From Octopus sinensis (taxonomy: Eukaryota): a stretch of 64,000 bases of DNA. Under the pieces are notes generated by a model that did no database searches, had not been told where the DNA came from, and saw only the letters and a program-made list of their open reading frames with translations. The DNA lies in assembly GCF_006345805.1 (NCBI RefSeq), contig NC_043013.1:36890001-36954000 (forward strand), read 5' to 3'. Each line of letters opens with the position of its first letter. Positions within the stretch are counted from its first letter, which is position 1. Positions 26,551 to 40,245 of this stretch are shown piece after piece. Both the position numbers and the translations under genes were made by a program.

Positions 26551-27942
26551 AATACCTGTGCCTAACTATATGGCTGGTCACTATTTTTCTATTTCTGTTT
26601 CATACATATGCACATTTCTTCTCCCTCTCTCTCACTCTCTCCCTGTCTCATTTCTTGAATTTCTCTCTGTACCCTTGCTCCTTGCTACTGTTTCATGATC
26701 TTTCATTGTTCTCCTCTCCATAGTAATCACAAAAATATGAGCCTTGCTTATAAGTGACCAGGTCATGCTTGTCTGTCTGTTTGTCTTCTTTCTCACTCAC
26801 CTGTCTATCATCTTGTTTTCCACTGTTAACCTGCCTCCTAGGTGAGAAACAAGGAAAAAAAAATAATAATAAATTTGCAAAGGAAATAATGAATAAACAA
26901 ATGTAAAACAGTGCTGGGTTGGAGATAAGAGAAATGAAAGGCTGCCTCATACACACAAGAGGGCCTCCTGTGACCCATCTTCCATCTTATCTCCCTCTTC
27001 CAGACCTTACCTAACCCTTTAACCTTTGTTGTGAGACCACTGTAGGAGCCTCTGATCAAAATACCTATGATGAAAGTCTGTTTTACTTGGTTTTTCTTTT
27101 TATGGATTTAAGAGAACAATACACCTCACCTTTGTCCCTGGCGCTTTGTGTCTTTGCTGCCTGTTGGCAGAGGGATGTGTGGCTTTATAGACATATTTTT
27201 TTCTTGGCTTCACTTTTATTTTATTTCATGTTGTGTTGTTAGGAGCAGATTGTGCTTAGGGGTCAGAGTTGTATAGCTGTGTGTACTTTGTGGAATATGT
27301 GTCTGTCTGTGTTGGTCAGTTGATAGAGCAGTAAATCTCCTCCCTTTATAAAAGGATAGATTCACATATACACAAATCCTTACACATTATGTGTGCTGTG
27401 CTGTTTTTAATTGCATCCTATGAAATTCAATACAAAAGATTTCAGGTGTAAATTGCCGTTCTGCCTTCTTTTCTTATGTTATTTATTTTTTTTTTTTAGC
27501 CCTCTTCTTCATTTCATTTTGTTGTTGTTGTTTTTTGTAAAGTTGTTGCTTATCTTTTTTCTTTTTTCACTTCTCAATAAAGATAGAACAAAACCAATGA
27601 TGTTTGAAAAGAAGGGTTTCACCTGTCCTCCGTGTGTCTGTCCGTTTGTCTGTCTGCCTCTGTCTTGTTTTTCTCCTCCATACACAAACTGTCATATACA
27701 TGTGAAAAACTGTTTCATATACATTCAGTAAAAAATATCTTGTAAAAAGTAAAAAGCAACAAACAACGAACCAAGCAAAACTACAGGAAACAAACATAAA
27801 ACTACTATGTATATATAGCAATGTTGTGTTGTGTTGCAAAGGGTGTAAAGGTGTTAGGTGATGGGTAGATGGGTAGAATTAAGGATTTCAGTATTTATTG
27901 CAGGTACCCATTTGACCTGAGCATTGTGTATATATGTATGTC

Positions 27943-27985
27943 TATATATGTGTGTGTGTGTGTATATATATATATATGTGTGTAT

Positions 27986-28038
<53 letters not shown>
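27943..28038. repeat. (TA)n/(TG)n microsatellite
   Basis: Directly visible; representative of dozens of dinucleotide tracts (others at about 34410-34465, 43400-43475, 55400-55480). Confidence 0.95.
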
Positions 28039-28042
<4 letters not shown>

Positions 28043-28797
28043 TTTCTGTATATGAATGGTGCAGGTAATAAAGAATTTGAGACATTTTAATTGCTTTTTT
28101 TTTTATATTATTTACTAAGCTTACTTTAACTCCCAGCTTCATTTCCTCCTCTCCTTTTTCTTTTCCATTCATTCATTGTTTTGGTTTTGAGGTAGTGGGC
28201 AGGGATTTCATTTCCACCATTCATCATCATCATCATCTTGCTCATTGTTGAGAAGCAGGGACAAGTCTAATTTTCTCTTGTTTCAATTTATTTATTATTA
28301 TTTTTTTGTTATTCTGGTTTGTTGTTTTGCTGGAAGTAGTGGCAAATTAAGGTTGAAAATAGGTCAGTACCTGGGTGGGTTGTGTGGCTTGTTTAATGAA
28401 TTCAGTCAGTGGCTTAAAGTAAAGTTCTTACCTGAAGTTTTGAAACATATTTCAAGGTGCCTTTATAAAACATTTTGTAGCACTAGGTTTATAATACAAG
28501 ATTTCCATGTTGGTAAGGACAGTATTGATTCCTTAAAATTTTAGCAATTTATTTTTTTTATCTCTATTCCTGCTTCATATTTTTAAAAGCCAGTGTGTGA
28601 TGGTTGTGGCCACTTTTAGAAGCTTGCTAAGAACAGGTGTGGCTAGTAGAAATATTATAGAATTTTCCCAAGTGTTTGAATTTGCAACAAAAAAATATCC
28701 CTACCAATAAAATATGATGGAAAACATATATGCATTATGTATATATGTGCATAGCACAGAGAGACCATGTATGTCCAGATTCTGCAGATACTTCCTC

Positions 28798-28834
<37 letters not shown>

Positions 28835-28951
28835 TCTTGTTCATCTGTCTCAATATGCAAAATCTGAGTATGACTCAGTGCTTTCTCTCACTCCACTCTC
28901 TCTTCCTTTTTCTTCTTTTCACTATTTCCCTATCTACCTCTTTCTCCCCTC

Positions 28952-28985
<34 letters not shown>

Positions 28986-29842
28986 ATTTTTTATCTTTTT
29001 ATTCTTTTCCAGTCAGTGTCTCTCACTTTTTCTTTATACTCTTTATCTCTTTACACTCCTTTCTTTCTTTTTCCTCCCTTTTTGCAGCAGTTCCTTATTT
29101 CCTTTTCTTTAATTCTTCTGCCAAACTGCCCAACCCCATCAACATCCAGTAGTCCCCCTTAAAAAAAAAAGAAAAAAGAAAAAAAGAAAATAATTGACTC
29201 TTCCTGTCCTTCCTCCACCCAAACAGGCAACCCATTCCACCCACACTCCACACTTCATCCACTCTTGCAGTTTGTGTTTGTCCAGTCCAGTCTGTCTGTT
29301 TATTGAATCATTCTGGAGAATCTCAACCAAGGAGACAGCAGAGCTGCCACAGAGGATCGGTGTAGGAGAAGTCGGTGATGTCCATGTTGGTACCGGTGCC
29401 GATGATGATAGGCAGTTTCTGCTGTGGCTGCTGTTGTTTTTAGTTGTTTCATTAATATTAACCCTCACAGCACTTGCCACCAACTTAACCAACAAGCAAC
29501 TCTTCTCTAACTCTTGGTATCACAAACGCTAGCATAGCCAGCGTGTCACTAACTATGATATGAAAACCAAGACTATCAGTATCACTACTGACACTAGCAA
29601 GACTACCAGCACTTTTGCCGGCATCAATAAATTATACCACTGCTGCTCCTTCCACAATTACTGTTTTCATGTTCCAGATGTGTTATCTGCTCTTGTCTTG
29701 TCTGTCTTTGACTCTCTGTGTTGCACAGAACCTTTAAATAATGGAACGCTGACTGCAGCACTGACTAACAATCTGGTGTTTCTCACTTTTGGTGGAGTGG
29801 TCTTTTCTTTGTCCTCCTCAGAACACTTGTGTATGGGGATTC

Positions 29843-29874
<32 letters not shown>

Positions 29875-30211
29875 CACAAATGAATTATCCTTTACACTCT
29901 GTAAATGATGATATTTATCAATCAAACATTGGTTAATGCAACTATGCACAAAGTTATATATATGTACATATGTTATGTATGTATATGTGGCCGTCTTTGT
30001 TTACTTATAAAAGTGTATAACATGTGTACTACATGTTAAGTGTATGTGAGTGTGGCTGCTTCGTCCATGTTATTAAATGATGTCCATTGTTATAATTACT
30101 TCTATTGCCATAGTTACTGTCTCACCATCTTCCTTTGCTGCTGCTAATTTGCAATGTCACATCTCTTTTTTTGTTTATATTTCTACCTTTCTATACCTCT
30201 CCCTCTCTCCC

Positions 30212-30247
<36 letters not shown>

Positions 30248-30858
30248 ACTTTCTTTGTTACATTTTACCTTTCTTTTACATTATTTCTAAGTTTCTTTCA
30301 GTTTTTTTTTCTATCTCACTGTCATACGTTTTCTTTCTTTCATTCTTTCCCTTTGTTTTACTTTGAGACACACCCTTCCTTGCAAAGTTATGGCATTTTT
30401 GGGTTCATGATTTATGAAAAAAAATCGTCATCATCATCATCATCATCATCATCACCATGACTATTGCTCTAGCATCTGCTTTTTTTCCTCCATGTCAGAT
30501 CAGACAGAAATCATGAGGTAGGGGTCATGAAAATTAGTGTTGGTCCCACTTGCTCTCCAGACATTAACTGTAAAGCCATGTGTGTTATGGGATGGCATGG
30601 AAGAACAGAAAGAATGGAGGCCAACCAAGTGTTTATATGTTAAGATATACACAGGCTCTGCTATATTGCTTCCATGTCTTTTAGGATGTCTGGCTTTCAG
30701 TTCTGTCTTAGAACTTTACTGCTAGTCCTACTGTGAACTGAAAACTGGGATTGGATCTTGTAATAATCAGAGCTAGGTAGACACTGAGGCAGAGTGCTAA
30801 GTAGGCAGGTAATCTGTATAAGTGTCTTTGTGTGTGTCTGTATATGTACACATGTGCT

Positions 30859-30889
<31 letters not shown>

Positions 30890-32912
30890 GTTTGTCCTGC
30901 TGATGTCACTTGGAACACAACTTGAAAAGAATATCTACAAAATTGTTCAAACAGCCTCAAAAAATACTATGGAGCATTAAATAGTTTTATGCATCTATTT
31001 GCCTCTATATGCGTGTCTATGAATGTATGCATGTATACACATGGGTACCTGGTTTGTATGTTTAGTCTGTAGCTGTTATGCATGGTATTTGGTTTCAAAA
31101 ACTAGCAAACACCTCGCACCTTTTTTGCTGATTTAGGCCAAACACAAACACACACACACACATCTTTCTAAATCCATACAAAATGTTGGAATCAATGATC
31201 ATTTTGTTCCAAAATATGACTTTTCAAAATCAAATATTTAATATTTGTAGAAACCTCTAGAAATATGCCTGCATTATACTTCTATAGAGCTTTGGTTTTT
31301 CTTTTTTTTTTTTTTATTAAAACCTACAGCAACAGCTATGGACTTGTCACTGTTACCTTTTGCTTCAACTTCCTTTTTTTTTTTTTTTTTTTTTTGCTTT
31401 TGCTACTTATTTATTCATTTATATTTATGTTATAATATTTACTCCTCACTTCATTCTGGTGTTTTCTGTAATCTCTTATAACAGGGTTTCACATCTGAAA
31501 CAAGCCCACCCCAAGAGACCATTACCCCAGCCAGCTGCTAACATCCTCAACATATTCCTTTTTGTTGTTTTTCTTTTTCTTTTTTTTTCTTCTTCTTTTA
31601 TCATCAAAGCTCCCTCCCTCAATTTGCTCATATACTTACTTCCCCACCATTGTCTGTCTATCACTCTTTCTACCTCTTATATGTATGTATGTACAAATAT
31701 ATATATACATATATATCAAGTATATTTATCTGAATTGCTACTACGTCTCACTTTTCTCTGTCTCTAAATACCCCTCTCTCGTTCTCCCTTTCATTCTCTC
31801 TTTTTCTTTCCCTCTCCCTACATACTTCTATGCCATTTCCATTCCAGTCTGGCATATCAACAACCTAAGTTCAATTCCCAGTTGGTTTGTTCTCTAAGTC
31901 TAGCTGGCTTATCTCTTCTCATGTGGAAAATTAATATATCAAAATTTCCTTGAAGGAATCACACCATGGCTTGCAGTAAGCCAGCTTCTGCTCATGTGTT
32001 CAGAGCTTCCATCCACCCTACACCCCAACATTTTTTTTTTAATTGTGTGTGTGTGTGTGTCAGAGAGAGAGGTGGGGATGGAAAGAAAGAGAGAGAGAGA
32101 GAGAGAGAAATAACATGGTGATAGTGTGTGTGTGTGGATGGGGCAGGAAGGTGGAGGGCCATCAACAGGAATGGGGTTTAGCAAGTTAAGAAATATTTGC
32201 CCTCTGTCATGCAAGTATGACTCAGGTGGAGCCCTGGGTGATCTGTTTAATGTACACACACACACATTTGTATGTATGTATATATGTGTATATATATATA
32301 TATATATATGTATATGTGTATGTGTGTGTGTGCATACATGTATTTGTGTGTGTTTGTATGTATATGTATTTGTCTGTGTGTGGTGTGAGTGAAAAGAGAA
32401 ACCTTATCATGTTTAGGAATTTTTTATGATAATTACCAGAAAATAAAAGACAGAAAAGGAGGTAATGGGGTAAAAAAAAAAAAAAGAAAGAAAGAAAAGA
32501 AATCAACTATCAGCATTAACAAAAATAACAACATCAACAAACAGTCAATCAATGTATTCTCTCAAGATATACAAATCTTATTTTCAAGTGCCTTTGTATT
32601 AAGCAGCAGACATCATAGTGCCACTTGGTACATCGTGGCATGTTTGGTGTGAGATGGTTCATTCCCAGACACGCTGCCATCTGGGTATAATCTGGATGTC
32701 TTGAATGATCCTCCAGCATCTGCAGTGGTAGAATGCATCTTGCAGAATTTTCGCATGCAGTCAGTCTCACTCTCTCTCTCTCTCTCTCACTTCCTCCATA
32801 CGTGTGTATGTGTGTGTGTGTGTGTGTGTGTGTACACACATACATAAGATGTATACATGCCTATATTTGTCACTTGAACCAATGTAACAATTATTATTGA
32901 TGAAGAAGGTGG

Positions 32913-32943
<31 letters not shown>

Positions 32944-34401
32944 GGTACCGACAATGTTGACAATAATAAACTTGGCAATTTTTTTTTTCCGCTTTCATTT
33001 CTTGAGAACCAGCTTGTGATACAAGAAGCGGTAATGGGTTGTGGTTTAGGCATTCATTCATTTCCAAAATGATGTTAGCTATGTCGGTGAAAGTTTATAG
33101 TTACCTCTGAGAATTAAAATTAAGTTGCATACAGGATCAGGTCCATGTGTATGTCTAATGATTTCTTGCATTTGGCATAAGGCCTGTGATTATATACATA
33201 TATGAAATACTGTAAGAAACCACACGCACACACACATATATAAACACATAATATACACATACAGAGCTTACTAATATTGTATAGAGCTATATGTAGAAAT
33301 CATAAATGTATGTGATGCAGTATTATATGCACATATAAACTGAGTATTGTGAAGACATATGTTCTGAATATGTTTCCAATGTAGGGTGTTCTGTGTAATT
33401 TGTATGTGTGTGTGTTCTATTATTAAAAGTCACCAAGTGTACCTTAATGTGATATGATATTGATGCATGCGCACACACACACACATAACACTTGAGCATT
33501 CATATAGAATATGTATGATAAAGACTCAGATATATATATATATATATGTTTCTTTCTATCGATATATGTATATAATGTACTTATAAACTTTTGCCAAGAT
33601 GTGTATGCTGGAGGGAGAGATTGAGAGTCGATTAGTGTCTGTTGGCATCGAAGATAGATAGCTAGATAGATGTGCATGTATGCACACAATTATGGTTTAT
33701 ATGCAAAGCCTCTCAATGTAGGTGCTGCAATTCCGTCAATTTATCAAGCAGATCTTCACTGAAGTAAGTTTGCTTACTTCAAATGAAGTATTTTTGAAAC
33801 GGCCACCTGCTGTGATATTCCACTAGTTAATGCAGTCACTGTCTTCATAACACGAGGTTGTACGCTTCATTTGCTAGGTGCTTTCTAAGAAGGAAATGTG
33901 ATTTAGAAATTTGGAGTGTATAATGTACTGAAAAAAAAAAATAAAGAAATGAACAGCAGAAAAAAAAATCATTTGCTGAATTTCTTTGATGTACTCAGGA
34001 AAGAAAAAAAAAACCTATAAAACTAAGTTACATATTACACGTGCTATTCTTTTTCTACTTTTATAAAATTCTTCTGTTACACCTGTTATTTATCAGATGT
34101 CTGACTCGCAACAAATACACCGTTAAATGATTTTAATTGTAGCTCCAAATCCTAATCTGAATACACTAATATACTGTCACAAACTCCTGTTGATTACCTA
34201 TTTGTCATTTGGATTATAAGGCATCATTCTTGTATCAGATTTTGTCACAAACCTGTTATTGCCTATGGCTGTTATTGACACACATTTTGTTGAATCTTAA
34301 GAGTTACAAACACATTTCTAGTTATAGGATACAAAATCCTTTGCACTTCAAATGATAAACTGGTGGTGGCCTATTAGATATTGTTATATGCTTGGATATA
34401 T

Positions 34402-34469
<68 letters not shown>

Positions 34470-35715
34470 TTATAATAAGGAGGAAGAATCTGAACATTCA
34501 AACTTAGTTTATTCATCATAATAATTGTCCAACATGTATTTTGGTCGCATTAACTGCATATTGTTGCATATTTATTTTCACCAATTTATGCCTCATCAGT
34601 ACAATCTCTTCAGGGTATATAAGTATGACATTGTTCAAAGAGGAATTTTCCTCCGCTACTAATTTCAATTAGACTTGATAGTAGTAGTAGACCATGACAT
34701 TCCTCACTGTGCATATATACATACATATATATATGCATGCACATTAGTTTCTTAAATATGGTCCTAATATTCCTTTGCTAATTGTGGTAAGGTGAGATAG
34801 GAAATTTTTTTAAATCACCGAGATGCAGACTACAAGCAAACTATATCTGTTACTTGTGACATGTTCCTACAACTCTCCTCCTCCTCTGCCTCCCTTCTGT
34901 TATCTTTTAATAATCATTGGATTGGAAAACTTTTTTTTTCTTGTTCTGGTTTCTCCTGATCCCTCAGGTTGTATCAAAAAAACCATCCCTATTCTTCCTC
35001 GATTACATCAAAGACTCTCGTGCAAGTTCCGAAATTGTTTTGCTTTTTTTGTCTGTCTATTCAAAGTTAAGTTTTGTTTTCAAAATACACTAACACACAT
35101 ACACACACACACATGCATATTTAAAGGAGATTTTTTTTTTAACCCTGTTTAATGAAATATTGAAAGAAAATAATAATGGGCGTGGGAACCCAATGTACTA
35201 ATTGTAGGTTCTAATTTCAACATCTACTCTTTTTCTTGTTTTTCTTTTTCTTTTCTTTCTGGATTTATGATTTTTTTTTCTTTACTGTAAACAATAGCCT
35301 AGGGTATGTTTGAAACAAAGGTTTAATAGCAGAAGTATGATTATGATGATGATGATGATGAAGATTATAGTGGTAGTGATGGGGAGGATGGTTTTAAAAC
35401 AAAGGTAAGAAAAATTAAAGCAACGAGCAAAAGGTAATAGAGAGAAAACAAAACAAATAACAGTAACTACAACAAAATCTAATAACAATAATGAAATCAA
35501 ATTGCACAGCAGTGTATATATATATATATATATTCAGTAGTGGTTAGATGTTAATGTTGTGTTTATGATAATGATGATGACTACTGGCAAGAAGGTCAAG
35601 GAAACATCTTTGTCTCTCTTCTTTTCTTTCTTTGCTTATTGTTATTATTATTATTATTTTTTTCTTTCAACTATCAAGAACACTGAAATAAGGAACACTT
35701 TATAATATTTCACTA

Positions 35716-35764
<49 letters not shown>

Positions 35765-35903
35765 CACATGTGCATTGACACCTTCACACAATTGCACATA
35801 GTAACAATAATCTGTTTATGCTTCAACACACACATACATACGCTTGCAGTCAGATTCATCGTAGAGCGTAAATGAATGCACTCCTTCTCTGGCACATTCT
35901 CTG

Positions 35904-35947
<44 letters not shown>

Positions 35948-36249
35948 TCTCTCTCTCTCTAGCTCCCTTCTCTCTCACATCAGCCTCTGGTCTCTGGTGG
36001 TCCTATCATGGACTTCAATAAACTCTCCAGTACTGTTCTAATCTTCAACTTGTATGGATGTACGTTTGCTGGCTCTTGCTCTCCTCTTCTGCCCGAACCC
36101 CCCTTTCCCATCCCTGCTCCTGCCTTCTTACTCCCACTCATATCTCACCACCACCGTCACCACCACAATTACCACTGCCACCTCTGCTATTATATCATTG
36201 CTATTGTCTTCATTAAAGTACTTTTCCTTTTTTTATTCTTTGACTGTAA

Positions 36250-36286
<37 letters not shown>

Positions 36287-36624
36287 GCAGGTATGTAGGT
36301 AGGTGTGGGCGGCAATGGAGGCTGTGTGAGTGGGAGAAGATGGAAACAGATCGGAATGGAGTGGGTCGGTGGGCTGCTGAGGAGAGGAGGGCAGATTATC
36401 ATTTTTAATGGGAGGACCTCCTTAAAAAAAAATAAAATAATTGTCTTTGTTTTTGTTTTGTTTTTTTTTTGCAATGCAAAACAACAGAACAGTTACACAT
36501 GCACATGTACGCGTTCTTAGACACACACAAAATAACACTGAGAGAAAAAACAAAGAAACTGCATTTGGCTGAGCAGTCTGGGGCAATTTTCTGTGTCACA
36601 GAATTAATTTATTATGAAGAAATG

Positions 36625-37135
36625 ATGTTGTTGTTGTTGGCGGTGTTGTTGGTAGTAGTGGTGGTAGTGGTGGTATTAGTAATGGCAGCAAGAGTGATAG
36701 TTGTTGGGATTGTGGATGGATGGGTTGGAGGATGGGGGGTTAAAGATAATGAAGCTGATGATGGCAAGATAGAAAAGCAGAAGAGGTTTAGCGGTTGGAG
36801 CTGATAGCAGTGGCGATCTAGGTGGGTACCGAAGCCCTATGTTAATTGCAATGATGGTAGCTGTGCAAGTGGCAGGATGATGATGATGATGATGATGATG
36901 ATGGTAATGGCTGTTGTGATTGTAAACGTTAAGCTGTTGTTGATGATGATGATGTTAGTGTTTAGTGTGTATGATGAGGATGATGATGATGATGAGTATG
37001 ATTGCAATCATGTTATGATAACAAATAGATAGTGATTGTCTTTGATGATGAAAGTGGTGGTGGTGGTGGTGGTGATGATGATGAGGATGCAGATGATGAT
37101 GACAGTGATGGTGATGTTGATGCTGATGATGAGCA
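36625..37135. repeat. Mosaic trinucleotide simple-sequence region (GTT/GGT/GAT)
   Basis: Directly visible; gives the poly-V/M/H ORFs in the track. Confidence 0.85.
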
Positions 37136-38300
37136 TAATTAATCACTTTTGTTTTTGTTTGGAAACAGACAAGAGATATTTATTCGGAACACTCCCACCT
37201 CCCATTCCTCTCCATTCACCCACCCTACCAAAAAGAAAAAACAAATGGTAAAGAAAGAAAAAAAATTCGAAAATCGTTCTTGTTCTTTGTCTTGTTGGTC
37301 TCTTCTGTTGTTCTCTTTAAGTATCCATTTTGACTTCAACAGATACAAGGGGTGGCAAGAGAGGTAGACAGATAGATAGACTGAGACAGTGAGAGAGAGA
37401 GAGAGAGAGAGGGGGTAGCTGGGTGGTTGGCTTAGTTGAGAGTGAAAGAGCATTAGATAGCGGAGAGGGTGATGGGAGGAGGAGGAGGAGAAGAAAAAGG
37501 TGATGTAGGGAGATTTTAATGGTTGTATAGCAGTGTAGTGTGTGTGTGTGTGTGTGTGTGTGTGGTGGGGTGCAATCAAACAGTAAATGAAACAAATTTT
37601 CTGGTAATGCTTCCAAAGGTGAGGATCTCACAATGGCAAGGTGGTTGTGGGTGTGGGAATAGGTAGTGAGTAGAGTGGGAGTGGTAGTTTGATTTTTAGA
37701 AATATGGTAGGGGTGATGGAAATGGTGGTGGTGGTGATGGTGGGGTTGATGATGATGCAGTCAGTCATTGGTCTGTTTATTGACAACTTACCACCTACCC
37801 CTACCATGCACACACACACACACACCAATCAATTCTATCTCCTCTCATTGCCTCTGTCCCAGTCCTGCACATTAGTTCCCTGCTTTTTGTTAGGTTTTTT
37901 TTTCTTTTTTTTTTCCAGAATGGCTCTTTCTTCCTCAGATGGTCAGCATCATCATTATCACTATCATCATCATCATCTCTGTCATTGACCATATTCCTTT
38001 ACTTCTCAGTTAGTCCTCTTATTCATCTCACAGACTCTTACGTATTCTCTCCTTCAACTACTCTCCTCATTTTTTTTTCTACTTATTTCATTCACATTGA
38101 TCCTTTATTGACTACACACATGGACTTAATGAAGTCATATCTTCTGTAGTATACTATGTAATATTTATAAAGTCTGGGTATGTGTAATACAGTTCACTTT
38201 TATTCCTTCTATCCATTTGTAAGAATTAGCTTTCAATGTTTTTCTTAAGCCCTCAGTGGGAGAGGGACTGGTTCAACCTCACTTTGCCATTCTTTCATTG

Positions 38301-38359
<59 letters not shown>

Positions 38360-40212
38360 CATTTTCAAGTTAGTATAGTAGAAGGATGTCCATTGCTGCA
38401 CAACTAGGAAAACAATTCAGGGACAGTAATAGAAAGATGGACAGAATAATATTAAAAAAAGAACATACAGGGTGACAAGGGAAGAATGGGAGAAAAAACT
38501 CCCAGACAGAGCCAGAAGAAGTAACTAACTAGGGGTGGAAAAAATGGCAGACTCTGATGGAAAGATTTTGAATGCTAGAGTTCAGTCTCTTTCAGACAGG
38601 CAGACCAAGAGGTTGAAACTACCGACAGACAAACATACTAGAAAAGATAAATACTAGGGTTGAAAAAAAAAAATGTCCAGTGCTCCAGCATGGCCACAGC
38701 CTTTGGGCTGAAACATATAAAAAAAAAAATAAGAGCATAGTGGTATCTCAGAAGAAGAAAAAGACATGCAGACAGTATGGTCAAAGACACAAGAACTAAA
38801 TGGAAAGCTTCTGTCTGTGTATTTAGAAAGATGTCCAAAGCTGTACAAGCAAAGTCTTAAACGCTATATACTACATCAGACAAGTGAAACAAGACAGATA
38901 AAGAATATACATAATAATATTGTTGGTATCCAACACTGGTATCATGAAATCTTAAGAGAGGACAGGCAGAATTGTGTGGCCTGTGGCCAGTTGTCACTAA
39001 TGCTGCCAACCATCTCATGCAAACAATTGATGTTTCAGTCCTCTGTCTCTCATAATAATGATGTTTCGTTGCTTTCCCCACCCGACCACTATCACTTTTG
39101 TAACTTCTTTACATTTTTATTTTTGAAGATTTTAATTTCTTAAAATTTTAATTAAAAATAATAAAATGGGTGCTCTTTGTACATGTGAATGTATGAATGT
39201 CCTTATGAACATGTCTATTAATGTGTATGTGAGCTTTTTTCTGAATGTGTATTTGTGGGGTTGTGTGAATTTTTTTTTTTTTTTGTTATATTGTATTTAT
39301 TTATTATTTGTTAAGCTTTCTCTTCTCAACACACCCTCTCATCTATTAGACTCTCTCTTTCTTTCTTCCACCACACTTCTATGCCTCTCAAGCTTGAAAC
39401 CTTCTCCCTTACTTTGCACTCAGCCCATCACCCATCTTTACCCATCTTTCTATATTATTTTTAAGTAGAAAAGTAAATTTGTGTGTGTGTGTGTATGTGT
39501 GTGGTGGATGAATGGGTGTGTGGAGGGGTAAATAATTAAGTATAGGATTGGAAGACAGTGGGGCACTGAGGCAGGAGGGATGTTGGCTGGCTTCACTGAT
39601 TATTCTTGTGCTGCTGTTGTTGTTGTTGATGATGATGAGGAGGAGAAGGAGAACATGGTTCTATGTGGTGGTGGTGGTGGTGGTGGTAGTGGTGTTGATG
39701 GGAATTGTAATTTGGCTGTTGTTGCCATCCAGTGGCTGTGGCATCATTATCACCACCATCATCACTATCACCATCAACCTCATTACTATTGGCATTACTG
39801 CTAACTGCTACCAACCACCCCTATCACCTTCACATATTGAAACCCTTCACTTATCCCTTTTCTCTTGCCCTCCAAAAGCTCTCCTCCACATCCCTGAACC
39901 CCTTCCCAACCCACATTGTTCTCCAGAAAGGCAGTAGTAGGGATCTGGGTTAGGGAAGAACAGGAGGGGTGTAAAAGACAGAGATAGGAGATTTCTTTCT
40001 TGAAAACATAAAATAAAATGTGGCTGCTGTTGAGTGAATTTGAATTAATTACCCATAATGCTTTGTTTTGTTTTTATTTATTGTTTATTTCTTTGTTGTT
40101 TGCCTTGTTTTTCATTGTTCTGATTTTAATTCCACTCTATTTCCCTGTGAGTGGAAGTGGAGGCTTTGGTCTTAGCACTCTGTAGACCCATCACTGAACT
40201 TAACTGAAGCCC

Positions 40213-40245
<33 letters not shown>

